A stretch of DNA of 64,000 nt from an uncultured Candidatus Saccharibacteria bacterium (lineage in GTDB: Bacteria > Patescibacteriota > WWE3 > UBA101185 > UBA10185), in assembly GCA_964540135.1 (NCBI GenBank), contig CAZILK010000001.1:17843-81842 (forward strand), written 5' to 3'. Under the pieces are notes generated by a model, which saw nothing but the letters and a program-made list of their open reading frames with translations, had not been told where the DNA came from and did not search any database. This document shows positions 32,141-41,267 of this stretch, piece by piece (the stretch's first letter is position 1; the number at the start of each line of letters is the position of its first letter). Position numbers and translations under genes: made by a program.

Positions 32141-32651
32141 AAGTATCGTACTTCTGTAATGCCTCATCTTCATCTATCATATCCTTAACTCTTTGAACTA
32201 CTTGCGCTACTTTTTGCTTAAGCTCTAGTCTAAAAGTCTCAGAACCCATACTACTTATAGCTTTCTGTGGTTGCTTTGCTACCTCGCTTAGTGCTTCTAC
32301 TAGATATCTTGTTTGATCAAAAGAACTATCAAACCGACTATCCAGTGTTGTAAGTATGTAAGGGTCGTTCGTATACACTATTAAAAATGCCCAGGCAACA
32401 TGATTGCTCTTGCACTCAAGTTTCATTTCATTGGCAGCGCGCCTTACACGGTACTCGGAACTTGCCGTGTCGATTACCATGTGGAGTGGTAATAACACCA
32501 TGCTTTCTAAGAAATCTTCATCAAGGTTATTTTGAGTAACAACGAAAGTTTCTACCCACGCTTGTGCTTCGCATATCATCAGTATGTTTATAGCATGCTC
32601 AAGTAGGTTGTTATACAGCTCCTCTGGTAAAGACGTAAGATCCTCATCCAC
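32070..32651 (-). CDS. Hypothetical acidic helical protein (orphan)
   Basis: 193-aa ORF whose GTG start overlaps the stop of the upstream gene. Its 3' end overlaps the convergent GT-C gene by 71 nt. Confidence 0.6.
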   Translation of the reverse strand: MDEDLTSLPEELYNNLLEHAINILMICEAQAWVETFVVTQNNLDEDFLESMVLLPLHMVIDTASSEYRVRRAANEMKLECKSNHVAWAFLIVYTNDPYILTTLDSRFDSSFDQTRYLVEALSEVAKQPQKAISSMGSETFRLELKQKVAQVVQRVKDMIDEDEALQKYDTFSYSNTPDRHAQETLTSLVPSSH

Positions 32652-33024
32652 ATATATTCCTTCTTATAGTGTTTAATCTTTGTATGAGCGACATTGCACC
32701 AGTTTCCGCCTCTTGATAGTGGTGCTGTATCTCGTGTTCTAGCATGAACTCTCTAAACACAGTGTTAAATTCTGTTTCCGGCATGCTTAAAATGTGTTTT
32801 TGTGCTCTTTCCGCAGCAGACAGTATTAATCGCTCATCTTCGTCTGTAAAGTAGCTTTGTTGTTGCCTTAAAAGATAGTGCTTTGCTAATACGTCACTTC
32901 TAAATGAGCGCGAGCTCTGTAAATTGATAGCTGCTCTAGCACCTGGCTCTTTCGGTGGTTTGTAAGAGCTTGTATCTTCTACTATGTTTATTTCTACGAA
33001 TTTAGGAGTATTAACCTCAGGCAT
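32644..33024 (-). CDS. Hypothetical protein with an HExxH (HEIQH) zincin-like motif
   Basis: FMLEHEIQHHYQE motif. Start refined to ATG 33024 (MPEVNTP), 9 nt after TATACT. Confidence 0.6.
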   Translation of the reverse strand: MPEVNTPKFVEINIVEDTSSYKPPKEPGARAAINLQSSRSFRSDVLAKHYLLRQQQSYFTDEDERLILSAAERAQKHILSMPETEFNTVFREFMLEHEIQHHYQEAETGAMSLIQRLNTIRRNICG

Positions 33025-33120
33025 ATTGTAATTAGTATAGCGAATTATCTTCCACAAAAGTACATTTGGAACTATCATGAAAGTGACTATTTAACAAACC
33101 AGTTACTGTATAATTAGTAT

Positions 33121-34326
33121 ATGGATATACAAAGTAAGTACAACATAATTTGCCTTTCAAATCAGTTATGGGATTTTCCTAACTGGACTAATAAACGTCA
33201 TGTCATGGCACGGCTTGCGGGGAGTGGAAATAATGTACTTTTTGTAGATCCTCCGATTAATGCAGGAAGGGTTTTATTAAAACAGATACAGCGTAAGAAC
33301 TGGGACGTAAAAAGGCTAATGACCCAAGTTAAAATTGACGGCAGTGTTCACGTTTTTACTCCGGTAAACTTATTACCTGTTGCTGAAGTTACTTCAAAGA
33401 TTCATGTTGGGCGAATCAAGAGAATTGCAAAGAAAGTTTTTGACCCTAATCTTAAAACACTTCTTTGGGTATACCATGTTCAGATACCTGATCTAAAATA
33501 CTACATTACTGAGCTTAAGCACGATCTATTAATATATGACTGTGTAGATAATTATTCCGGTTTTCCAAAACAAACCTCTCTTATTCGAACTGTTAAATCC
33601 GATACATCTTTAATTGAGCAAGAAGAGTACTTAGCAACTACAGCAAACCTCATTTTTGCAACAGCGCCTGCTCTTGTTGAGAAAATGCAAAAGTTTAACT
33701 CAAACGTCCACTTTACGCCAAATGTAGGGGACTATGAGAAGTTTAAAAATATCAGGAGTTTTAAAGATCAGATACCTGCAGATCTTAAAGCTATCGGAAG
33801 ACCAAGAGTTGGTTTTACTGGGTCTCTTGATGATTACAAATTTGACTATGACCTTATGAAAAAGATTGCCTCAGATCATCCGACCATTAATTTTGTTTTA
33901 ATAGGGCCAATTGCCTTAAAGGATAGGGAAGCCGGTGATACAGTTGATACTTTTAAAGACTTCAAGAACATTCATTACCTTGGTTCTAGAGATTTTAAAA
34001 CAATCGAGTACTATTTTGCAGGGTTTGACGCTTATATGATTCCTTATGTGTTAAACGATTATACAGTTGGTGGTTGTTTCCCAATAAAGTTCCACGATTC
34101 TTTAGCCGCAGGCCTTCCAACGATAGTTACAAATATGCCAACATATCTTCCGTTTTCGGATGTTACATATATTTCTAAAACTTACGACGAATTCTCCAAA
34201 AACCTAAGACTCGCTCTTGATGAGGATACTCCTGAGCGAATAAAAGCTCGCCAAGCGGTTGCAAAAGACAATAGTTGGGAAGGTAAAGTTGCTAAACTTC
34301 TCTCACTCATAAACCAAAATATTTAG
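33121..34326 (+). CDS. TuaH-like GT-B glycosyltransferase
   Basis: NKRH, VLFVDPP, IYDCVD, PNVGD, FVLIGP and FPIKFHDSLAAGLP motifs. Confidence 0.85.
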   Translation: MDIQSKYNIICLSNQLWDFPNWTNKRHVMARLAGSGNNVLFVDPPINAGRVLLKQIQRKNWDVKRLMTQVKIDGSVHVFTPVNLLPVAEVTSKIHVGRIKRIAKKVFDPNLKTLLWVYHVQIPDLKYYITELKHDLLIYDCVDNYSGFPKQTSLIRTVKSDTSLIEQEEYLATTANLIFATAPALVEKMQKFNSNVHFTPNVGDYEKFKNIRSFKDQIPADLKAIGRPRVGFTGSLDDYKFDYDLMKKIASDHPTINFVLIGPIALKDREAGDTVDTFKDFKNIHYLGSRDFKTIEYYFAGFDAYMIPYVLNDYTVGGCFPIKFHDSLAAGLPTIVTNMPTYLPFSDVTYISKTYDEFSKNLRLALDEDTPERIKARQAVAKDNSWEGKVAKLLSLINQNI

Positions 34327-34339
34327 GTATAATTGCTGC

Positions 34340-35449
34340 ATGAAGATCCTGTACGCTATCAATTCAGCTGTGCTGGGGGGTGCTGAAAAGCATATTCTTG
34401 AGTTAGCTGGTGGCATGAGGGAACGGGGGCATGAAGTTCATATCTGGTGTCCCCAAGGACCGATGAATACCCAGTATAGGGACGCAGGAGCAACTGTTGT
34501 AACTACACAGGCGAAGTTTGATTTGGATCCCAAATACATCGCAGCTCTTTATAAGCATTTAAAAGCACATAACATAGATGTTATTCATACACATGATCTT
34601 AAGGTTGGCTGTAACGGTCAGTTAGCAGCAATTTTTGCTAAAACACCAGTAAGAATTGGGCATATTCATACCCCTATTTCTACATGGAAAATACCCGTGG
34701 TTAAAAAAATAATTGATCTTGTAGTCTATTTTTTTGTTGCCAACTTTCTAGTTAGTAAAGAGATTGCCATAACTGAGGTTGGAAAAACTACAAAACAAAA
34801 AGAGGGGATTTCTAAAAACAAATTAGTTGTTATCCCAAATGCGGTGGAACCTCCGCGCACAGTTAATGTCTTAAAAACAAAGGATTTTACACAGAAATGG
34901 GGCTTTGAAACTAACTTTATCATTGGATGTATAGGTAGACTAACACCTGAAAAAGATCCGTTTACACTTTTGAAAGCATTTAACAAGCTATCTCAAGAAG
35001 ACGAAAATGTTAGGCTTGCACTTATTGGAGGTGGAGAGCTTGAGCAGCCACTCAAAGATACAATAAGTGAGTTGAAACTAAATGATAAGGTTATTATAAC
35101 TGGAGTATTTGAAGATACCGATAAAGGTGAGCTCTATAAAGCATTATCACTTTTTGTTTTTCCTTCACAAGCTGAAGGTTTTGGCTATGTCCCGCTTGAA
35201 GCATTGTCTTATGATCTGCTGGTTATATCCTCAAACTTACCTGTTCTTAAAGAAGTTCTTGGAGACAGTGCGTTGTACTTTAACCTTGGCGACCCTGTTA
35301 GTTTATACGATGAGCTTAAACTTGCTATAAACAACTACTCTAATCTTCAATCTGAAACTGAAGCTCGAAAAAAAGTATTAAACGCTTTTACACATGAAAA
35401 GTTTATTAACGCACATGAAAAACTTTATAAGGAGCTATTAACGAGATGA
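34340..35449 (+). CDS. GT4 glycosyltransferase
   Basis: GGAEKH, IPNAV, GRLTPEK and FPSQAEGFGYVPLEA motifs. Confidence 0.9.
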   Translation: MKILYAINSAVLGGAEKHILELAGGMRERGHEVHIWCPQGPMNTQYRDAGATVVTTQAKFDLDPKYIAALYKHLKAHNIDVIHTHDLKVGCNGQLAAIFAKTPVRIGHIHTPISTWKIPVVKKIIDLVVYFFVANFLVSKEIAITEVGKTTKQKEGISKNKLVVIPNAVEPPRTVNVLKTKDFTQKWGFETNFIIGCIGRLTPEKDPFTLLKAFNKLSQEDENVRLALIGGGELEQPLKDTISELKLNDKVIITGVFEDTDKGELYKALSLFVFPSQAEGFGYVPLEALSYDLLVISSNLPVLKEVLGDSALYFNLGDPVSLYDELKLAINNYSNLQSETEARKKVLNAFTHEKFINAHEKLYKELLTR

Positions 35450-36588
35450 AAGTGTTAATGCTTGGGAGAACTGATATAAAAAGTAATCCTGGAGGCGATC
35501 TTATTCAGATTGAACAAACTGCACTCGAACTTCGAAAGCTTGGTGTTCAGGTTGATTTAAAAACCACTTGGCATGTTGATATGTCTAAATACGACCTTGT
35601 TCATATTTTTCAACTTGACTGGGTATCAGAGTGTTTTATCTACGCAAGAGAAGCAAAAAAAGCAGGTAAAAAGGTTGTTTTGTCCCCAATACATCACAGT
35701 ATTAAAGAAGTGGAGCTGTGGGAAAAACAGTTCGCGTTTGGTATGCGAAAACTAGCCAGTACCTTCCTGCCTACCCAATTTTTACGGGATACAGCAAAGA
35801 TAGTTTACAGAGCACTATTTTTTGATCACGCAAAGCTCCTTCCTGCTTTTTATGCAGGAATTTATGGACTTAAAAGTCTTCATCAAAAGACTCTTGAGTT
35901 ATCAGATCTTGTTCTTGTACAAACACAGGCTGAGGTAGTTGATCTGAAGTCTACCTACGGTGTTGATTTTAACTGGCATGTTGTACCAAACGGAGTAGGG
36001 TCAAACTATATAGAAACTGCCGGTCAATTAACTGAGAATACGGTCCCGCCTCTAGCTTTCACTGACTATATTCTGTGTGTAGGAAGAATTGAGGCGAGGA
36101 AGAATCAATTAAGTGTAATAAAAGCTGTTGAGAAATTGAGGAACGAAACAAATAAAGATCTAAAGCTTGTATTTGTTGGAAGACTTAGTAGAACACAGAA
36201 AAGTTATGTAAATCACTTTTTAACTGAGGTTAAGAGTTATGACTGGATAGCTCATCTTGAGTGGATTGACTACTCTAAAATGCCAAGTGTTTATAAGTTT
36301 GCAGCAGTTTCTGTATCTGCTAGTTGGTTTGAAACAACAGGCCTTACTAGCCTTGAGGCTTTGTACTGTGGTTGTAATGCTGTTGCAAGTGGAGCGAGGG
36401 CTTTTGAGGTGCTGGGTGATCTTGTTGAGTACTGTGATCCTTCAGATATTGATAGCATTAAGGACGCTATCAATAAACAATTAACTAAACCAAAACCTAT
36501 ACTCAGTAACGAGTTTAAACGCAAATACACTTGGCAAAAGAGTGCCGAAAAAACATTAAAATTATATAATGAGGTTCTTAATGACTAA
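35446..36588 (+). CDS. GT4 glycosyltransferase
   Basis: PGGDLIQ, VPNGV, VGRIEARKNQ and SWFETTGLTSLEA motifs. Confidence 0.88.
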   Translation: MKVLMLGRTDIKSNPGGDLIQIEQTALELRKLGVQVDLKTTWHVDMSKYDLVHIFQLDWVSECFIYAREAKKAGKKVVLSPIHHSIKEVELWEKQFAFGMRKLASTFLPTQFLRDTAKIVYRALFFDHAKLLPAFYAGIYGLKSLHQKTLELSDLVLVQTQAEVVDLKSTYGVDFNWHVVPNGVGSNYIETAGQLTENTVPPLAFTDYILCVGRIEARKNQLSVIKAVEKLRNETNKDLKLVFVGRLSRTQKSYVNHFLTEVKSYDWIAHLEWIDYSKMPSVYKFAAVSVSASWFETTGLTSLEALYCGCNAVASGARAFEVLGDLVEYCDPSDIDSIKDAINKQLTKPKPILSNEFKRKYTWQKSAEKTLKLYNEVLND

Positions 36589-39496
36589 TTTTGAACCCAT
36601 TGTGGGGCTTGTAATATTTGTGGTTGGGTTGTACGCAGTTATTCGTGACTGGCGCTTCTTCATTTATATTCTGCTTTTTTTTAGTGTATTTCTGCATAAA
36701 GAATTGTTTAGTTTATACAAATGGGATTTGATGCCGATTAGATTTTTAATGGCAGCGGTATCGGTTTTTGTATCATTTACGGCTATTCGTAAACTTCTTT
36801 GGTTGTTTAAGAGAAGAAAGTTGTTGACTGGGGATGTACTTGCCCAGAAAGCGGCAGTCCTTGAGCTGCTTCACGACCCGTTTATAGTTTTCCTCTCACT
36901 TCTATGGCTAGTTAGGTTGATATCTCTTCTTTTCTCGGCAGATACTACTTCAAGCATCACGCTGTTTGCTTTCTTCACAACAATTTACTTTGGTGGTTTG
37001 TTCGTATACGTTAAGCTTAAAAAATCTACTACAGATAGCCTTAGGTTTATTAATTTCTATATTTTTATCGGGCTTTTGCTTTGTTTATTTGGCTTTGTTC
37101 AGTTGTTTGTCCATTATAGTTACGGACTAACAATTGGCTCTTTGTGGGCAATTCCAAAACACTTACCAAGAGTCGGGAGTATCTTTTGGGATGTGAATCA
37201 TTTTGGCGGATTTATAGCGTCTCTTTTACCACTATGTGCTGTTCAGGCTTTGACCTCTCACACTTTGAAAGCCAAAGCCTATAACTTGTTTTGCATCTTG
37301 TCGTTCACAGTAATTCTTTTCTTAACTAACTCAAGAACATCGTGGATGTTGATGGCTATCTCAGTTGTAGTTTTCTTGTTTTTACTTGTTTATAAAAAGT
37401 TAAAAGTCAAAGGTATTTTACTTGGGCTTGTTATAGCTCTTTTTGTAGCTGGTTTCTTTGTCTATTCCTACTCAATAAAAGATTCTGAATTTAGACTTGT
37501 AGTTAAGAATTATTTTCACTACAGGTTAGACTCATTTGATTCACATTTTCTACTTCTCAGGGGAGCCTCACAAGTTTTTGAAAAGCACCCTATTTTTGGA
37601 GGTGGTTATGGCAGTTTTTTTGAACAGTTCAAAAAAACTGAAGTTTCCTCCCTTTACTTAAGCCGGGATCCTGCAGGATTAATTACAAAAGTACCGGCTC
37701 ACACTATTTGGGGTGAGGTGGCTGCAGAAACTGGTATCCTAGGTCTTGGGGTTTTCATACTGCTATTTATCTTGTTGGTATCGGTTCCGCTCTATAACTT
37801 TTTAGTAAGCTCGTACCACAAAGATTATCTTATTCATGGTGCGATCGTTGCTTCAATTGTTGGTTGGTTCACAGCAGGTATTTTTTATTCTTATAACTCA
37901 GAATTCTTTTGGTTTGTGTTAATTTTATATCTTGCGTATTCAGCCAGTACTTACTTTAAGCTAGAAAATAAGCCGCTAGATTTACAAGCATTTAAACGGA
38001 TGATCAGTTATATTGAGCAGAAGTTTAATGCTGGGTTTATATTTCTGGCTCTCATTTCATTTACTTTGATTTTTATCAATCTTGGGAAACATACATTTAT
38101 AACTTGGGATGAAGCAATTTATGCAAAAATCGCAAAGAATATGGTTGAATCAGGGGATTATCTTAGGCTTAGATGGCTTATGGATAAAACTTGGTTTGAA
38201 AAGCCCCCTCTTTATTTTTGGACAACCGCATTGTTTATGAAAATCTTTGGCATAACTGAGCTTGCAGCAAGACTAACATCAGCTATTGCTGGATTTGGGA
38301 CTGTTCTTGTAACTACTTATTTTGCAAAAAGGGCATTTGGGAAAAGTGTCGCGTATCTTTCAGGTCTGATCTTACTAACAACTTTTCAATTTTTATATTA
38401 CTCCAGAGCAGCCATGCTTGATGTTACAGTTACATTTTTTATGGTCTGTGCATTAACTATTTATTTCCTGCGAGCAAGAAATACTACAACCTTGTTATTA
38501 TCAGGAGTTTTTGTTGGGTTGGCAGCTATGACCAAAGGTGTCGTTGGCTTTTTACCACTACTAATAATTTTTATGTTTGAAGTTTCACATGCTTACTTTG
38601 ACGAGATAGGTTTTAAAAAAGCTTTAAAAAACAGCGTAATTAACTCAAGTATTATCTTTCTCTTCTCACTGATCATCTTTCTCCCGTGGCACCTTTATAT
38701 GTTTTCTATATATGGACCAAGATTTATTGATAACTATTTTATTTACCATGTTCTTCAAAGAGCAACTGAATCAATTGAAGACAAAGGTAGGCCATTCTTT
38801 TGGTACTTAATCGTGTTAAAAGTTAGTATGCGGATTTGGTTTATACTCCTAATCCCAACATTTATATTTAGTTCACTTCTTGTGTGTGTAAGAAGGATTC
38901 CCGAAAGACTTGGGCTTTTTCTGTCAAAACAAGAAAAGCTTGGGATTGTCTATTTGTTGATTTGGGCTTCTGTAACATTCTTGTTTTTCTCATTACCTGT
39001 ATCAAAGCTAATTTGGTACATAATCCCGATTTATCCGGTTCTTGCAATCATTTGTGCGGTGGGCTTTATCTTCTCAGTTAAAAGTATATATAAAATACTG
39101 CCTGTAGGAGTGTTTAAAGATATTACATACATAAGTGCATTTGCACTTGTATTAATCGGTCTGACTTATTTTTATATCGAAAGAAAGAAAGTTTATACCG
39201 ATAATTTAACTTTCCCTCAAGTATCTGTTATTTTAAAGAGCAATGGGCGTTTTCCAAATGATACTGTGAGAATAGATAAAGTAGATTATCCTTTGATGTA
39301 TTATTATCGAAAAGGTCCGTACACACCTACCAGATTTAAGGAGATAAAAGCGCAAATGGCTCTTTTACCTCCTGGTTCAAGGCTAGTCTTCATAACAAGT
39401 GAAAGAAGGTATCAAGAGCTTTCAGCTCTTTACCCATTAATTGAGCTTTACTGGCGAGAAGATGATTTCGTTTTAGCTTCAATTACCAACCTATGA
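36581..39496 (+). CDS. Fusion of an O-antigen ligase/Wzy_C-like N-terminal half and an ArnT/PMT-like GT-C C-terminal half
   Basis: N-half: PRVGSIFWDVNHFG, LTNSRTSW, HPIFGGGYGSF, AHTIWGEVAAETGILG. C-half: WDEAIYAKIAKNM, WFEKPPLYFW, AARL, AMTKG, SKLIWYIIPIYP. Start at 36581 or 36569. Confidence 0.82.
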   Translation: MTNFEPIVGLVIFVVGLYAVIRDWRFFIYILLFFSVFLHKELFSLYKWDLMPIRFLMAAVSVFVSFTAIRKLLWLFKRRKLLTGDVLAQKAAVLELLHDPFIVFLSLLWLVRLISLLFSADTTSSITLFAFFTTIYFGGLFVYVKLKKSTTDSLRFINFYIFIGLLLCLFGFVQLFVHYSYGLTIGSLWAIPKHLPRVGSIFWDVNHFGGFIASLLPLCAVQALTSHTLKAKAYNLFCILSFTVILFLTNSRTSWMLMAISVVVFLFLLVYKKLKVKGILLGLVIALFVAGFFVYSYSIKDSEFRLVVKNYFHYRLDSFDSHFLLLRGASQVFEKHPIFGGGYGSFFEQFKKTEVSSLYLSRDPAGLITKVPAHTIWGEVAAETGILGLGVFILLFILLVSVPLYNFLVSSYHKDYLIHGAIVASIVGWFTAGIFYSYNSEFFWFVLILYLAYSASTYFKLENKPLDLQAFKRMISYIEQKFNAGFIFLALISFTLIFINLGKHTFITWDEAIYAKIAKNMVESGDYLRLRWLMDKTWFEKPPLYFWTTALFMKIFGITELAARLTSAIAGFGTVLVTTYFAKRAFGKSVAYLSGLILLTTFQFLYYSRAAMLDVTVTFFMVCALTIYFLRARNTTTLLLSGVFVGLAAMTKGVVGFLPLLIIFMFEVSHAYFDEIGFKKALKNSVINSSIIFLFSLIIFLPWHLYMFSIYGPRFIDNYFIYHVLQRATESIEDKGRPFFWYLIVLKVSMRIWFILLIPTFIFSSLLVCVRRIPERLGLFLSKQEKLGIVYLLIWASVTFLFFSLPVSKLIWYIIPIYPVLAIICAVGFIFSVKSIYKILPVGVFKDITYISAFALVLIGLTYFYIERKKVYTDNLTFPQVSVILKSNGRFPNDTVRIDKVDYPLMYYYRKGPYTPTRFKEIKAQMALLPPGSRLVFITSERRYQELSALYPLIELYWREDDFVLASITNL

Positions 39497-40617
39497 AGCT
39501 TGCAATTGTTCATGATGATTTTATTCAACACGGTGGGGCTGAGAACTTAGTTTTAGCTTTATGTGAGATCTGGCCAGACGCTGTTTTATACTCAAGCTAC
39601 GCTACAAAAGAATGGGAGGCAGAATTAAAGCTTAGCAATATCAAGCTTGTTACCTCTTTCATGCAGCACCTGCCTTTTAAGAAAAAGCTCAATAAATTCT
39701 ATGCTGGGCTTTTTCTTTTCCCACTTGCCTTTGAGAGCTTTAAGTTTGATGAATTTGATGTTGTTTTAAGTGTTTCAGCTAGGTTTTCACACTGCATCGT
39801 AACAAAACCACAAACCAAACATATTGCTTATATCAACTCCCCAGGAAGAATGTTCTGGGAAGCTTTAGACTATTTTGAAGATACTAAATTTGCAAAATCT
39901 AGATTTCTTAATAAAGTTGCTAGTAGGTATTTGAAAACTATCTCAGCGTACTATAGAGTTTGGGATTTTACTGCCGCACAAAGGGTAGATGCAATTATTG
40001 CTAATTCAAAAACTCCAAAAGCTAGAATTTTAACTTACTATAAAAGAGAGTCTGAAATAATTTACCCTTTTGTTGATGTTACTTATTTTGAAAACACTAA
40101 AAAAACTAAAGGTAATTTTTATCTCGTAATTTCCAGACTCGCTTCATGGAAAAGAATTGATACAGCGGTCAGAGCTTGTATTAAAACAGGAGACAACTTA
40201 GTTGTTGTTGGGGATGGGGAGATGCTAGCCGAATTAAAGAGATTATCTGCTGGGCATAAGAACATTCAGATTTTGGGCAGAGTGCCTGAAAGCAGAAAAT
40301 TAGAACTACTGTGTTCATGTAAAGCACTAATCAACACACAGTATGAGGATTTTGGGATAGTTCCTCTTGAGGCAATGGCCTGCGGGAAACCTGTTCTTGC
40401 GTACGGCCGCGGCGGTGTACTTGAGACAGTTCTACCGGGAAAAACCGGAGACTTTTATTATGAACAAACACCAGAAGCTTTAATTTTAGCTTTAAGCTCG
40501 TTTCACCCAGAGAAGTATTTAATGACAGATTGTATCTTTCAAGCAAGAAGGTTCAGTAAAGAGCTTTTTAAAAATGCCATAGCTAATTTCGTAAATAGTG
40601 TATACTTAGGGAACTAG
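39493..40617 (+). CDS. GT4 glycosyltransferase (WbaZ-like mannosyltransferase)
   Basis: AIVHDDF..GGAE, IANSK, IYPFV and EDFGIVPLEAMACGKPV motifs. Confidence 0.9.
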   Translation: MKLAIVHDDFIQHGGAENLVLALCEIWPDAVLYSSYATKEWEAELKLSNIKLVTSFMQHLPFKKKLNKFYAGLFLFPLAFESFKFDEFDVVLSVSARFSHCIVTKPQTKHIAYINSPGRMFWEALDYFEDTKFAKSRFLNKVASRYLKTISAYYRVWDFTAAQRVDAIIANSKTPKARILTYYKRESEIIYPFVDVTYFENTKKTKGNFYLVISRLASWKRIDTAVRACIKTGDNLVVVGDGEMLAELKRLSAGHKNIQILGRVPESRKLELLCSCKALINTQYEDFGIVPLEAMACGKPVLAYGRGGVLETVLPGKTGDFYYEQTPEALILALSSFHPEKYLMTDCIFQARRFSKELFKNAIANFVNSVYLGN

Positions 40618-40624
40618 CTATCTT

Positions 40625-41266
40625 ATGAATTCATACGACATTTTAAAAAGACTGCTTGATATCTTTGGCGCACTTGTTGGCATTATTTGTCTTTCCCCAA
40701 TTCTCCTTTTCATGTCTATATTCATAAAACTAACCTCACCAAATGGAGCTATCTTCGCAGACATCCCACTTAGAATATGTAAAGGTGGGCGAGAATTTAA
40801 GATGTATAAATTTAGGTCTATGATACCTAACGCTCATCAATGGCTTCTTGATCATCCGGATTGGCACGAGAAGTATAAGGCCAATAATTATAAGATTTCA
40901 CCTGAAGAAGATCCAAGATACATTGCTGGAGCTAAATTTATGCGCAAGTATAGTATTGATGAGTTGCCTCAATTTTTTAATGTGCTGATAGGAGATATGA
41001 GTTTAGTTGGGCCACGGGCCTACTATCCGTTTGAGCTAAAAGAGCAACGTGCTAAGTTTCCAGAAACTGGAGTTTATATTGACGAGGTTCTTAAGATAAA
41101 GCCTGGGATAACAGGTGTATGGCAAATAGGCGGTAGGTCAAAGATCGGTTTTGTTGAAAGAATTAAAATGGATGCAGAGTATGCAAAGAGGCGTTCAATA
41201 TTGTATGATTTACTGGTGTTAATTAAAACACCAGTTGCAGTTTTGGCTGCGAAAGGAGCAAGTTAA
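40625..41266 (+). CDS. Priming phosphoglycosyltransferase (bacterial sugar transferase, PglC/WcaJ C-terminal type)
   Basis: KRLLDI, YKFRSM, DPR, SIDELPQFFNVLIGDMSLVGPR and KPGITG motifs. Confidence 0.93.
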   Translation: MNSYDILKRLLDIFGALVGIICLSPILLFMSIFIKLTSPNGAIFADIPLRICKGGREFKMYKFRSMIPNAHQWLLDHPDWHEKYKANNYKISPEEDPRYIAGAKFMRKYSIDELPQFFNVLIGDMSLVGPRAYYPFELKEQRAKFPETGVYIDEVLKIKPGITGVWQIGGRSKIGFVERIKMDAEYAKRRSILYDLLVLIKTPVAVLAAKGAS

Positions 41267-41267
41267 A

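Noticed and set aside
1878-41266. Classical LPS O-antigen cluster
   Set aside because: No lipid A/core, Wzz or outer-membrane export genes are visible. LCP, DUF4012 and the GT-C content point to wall or protein glycosylation.
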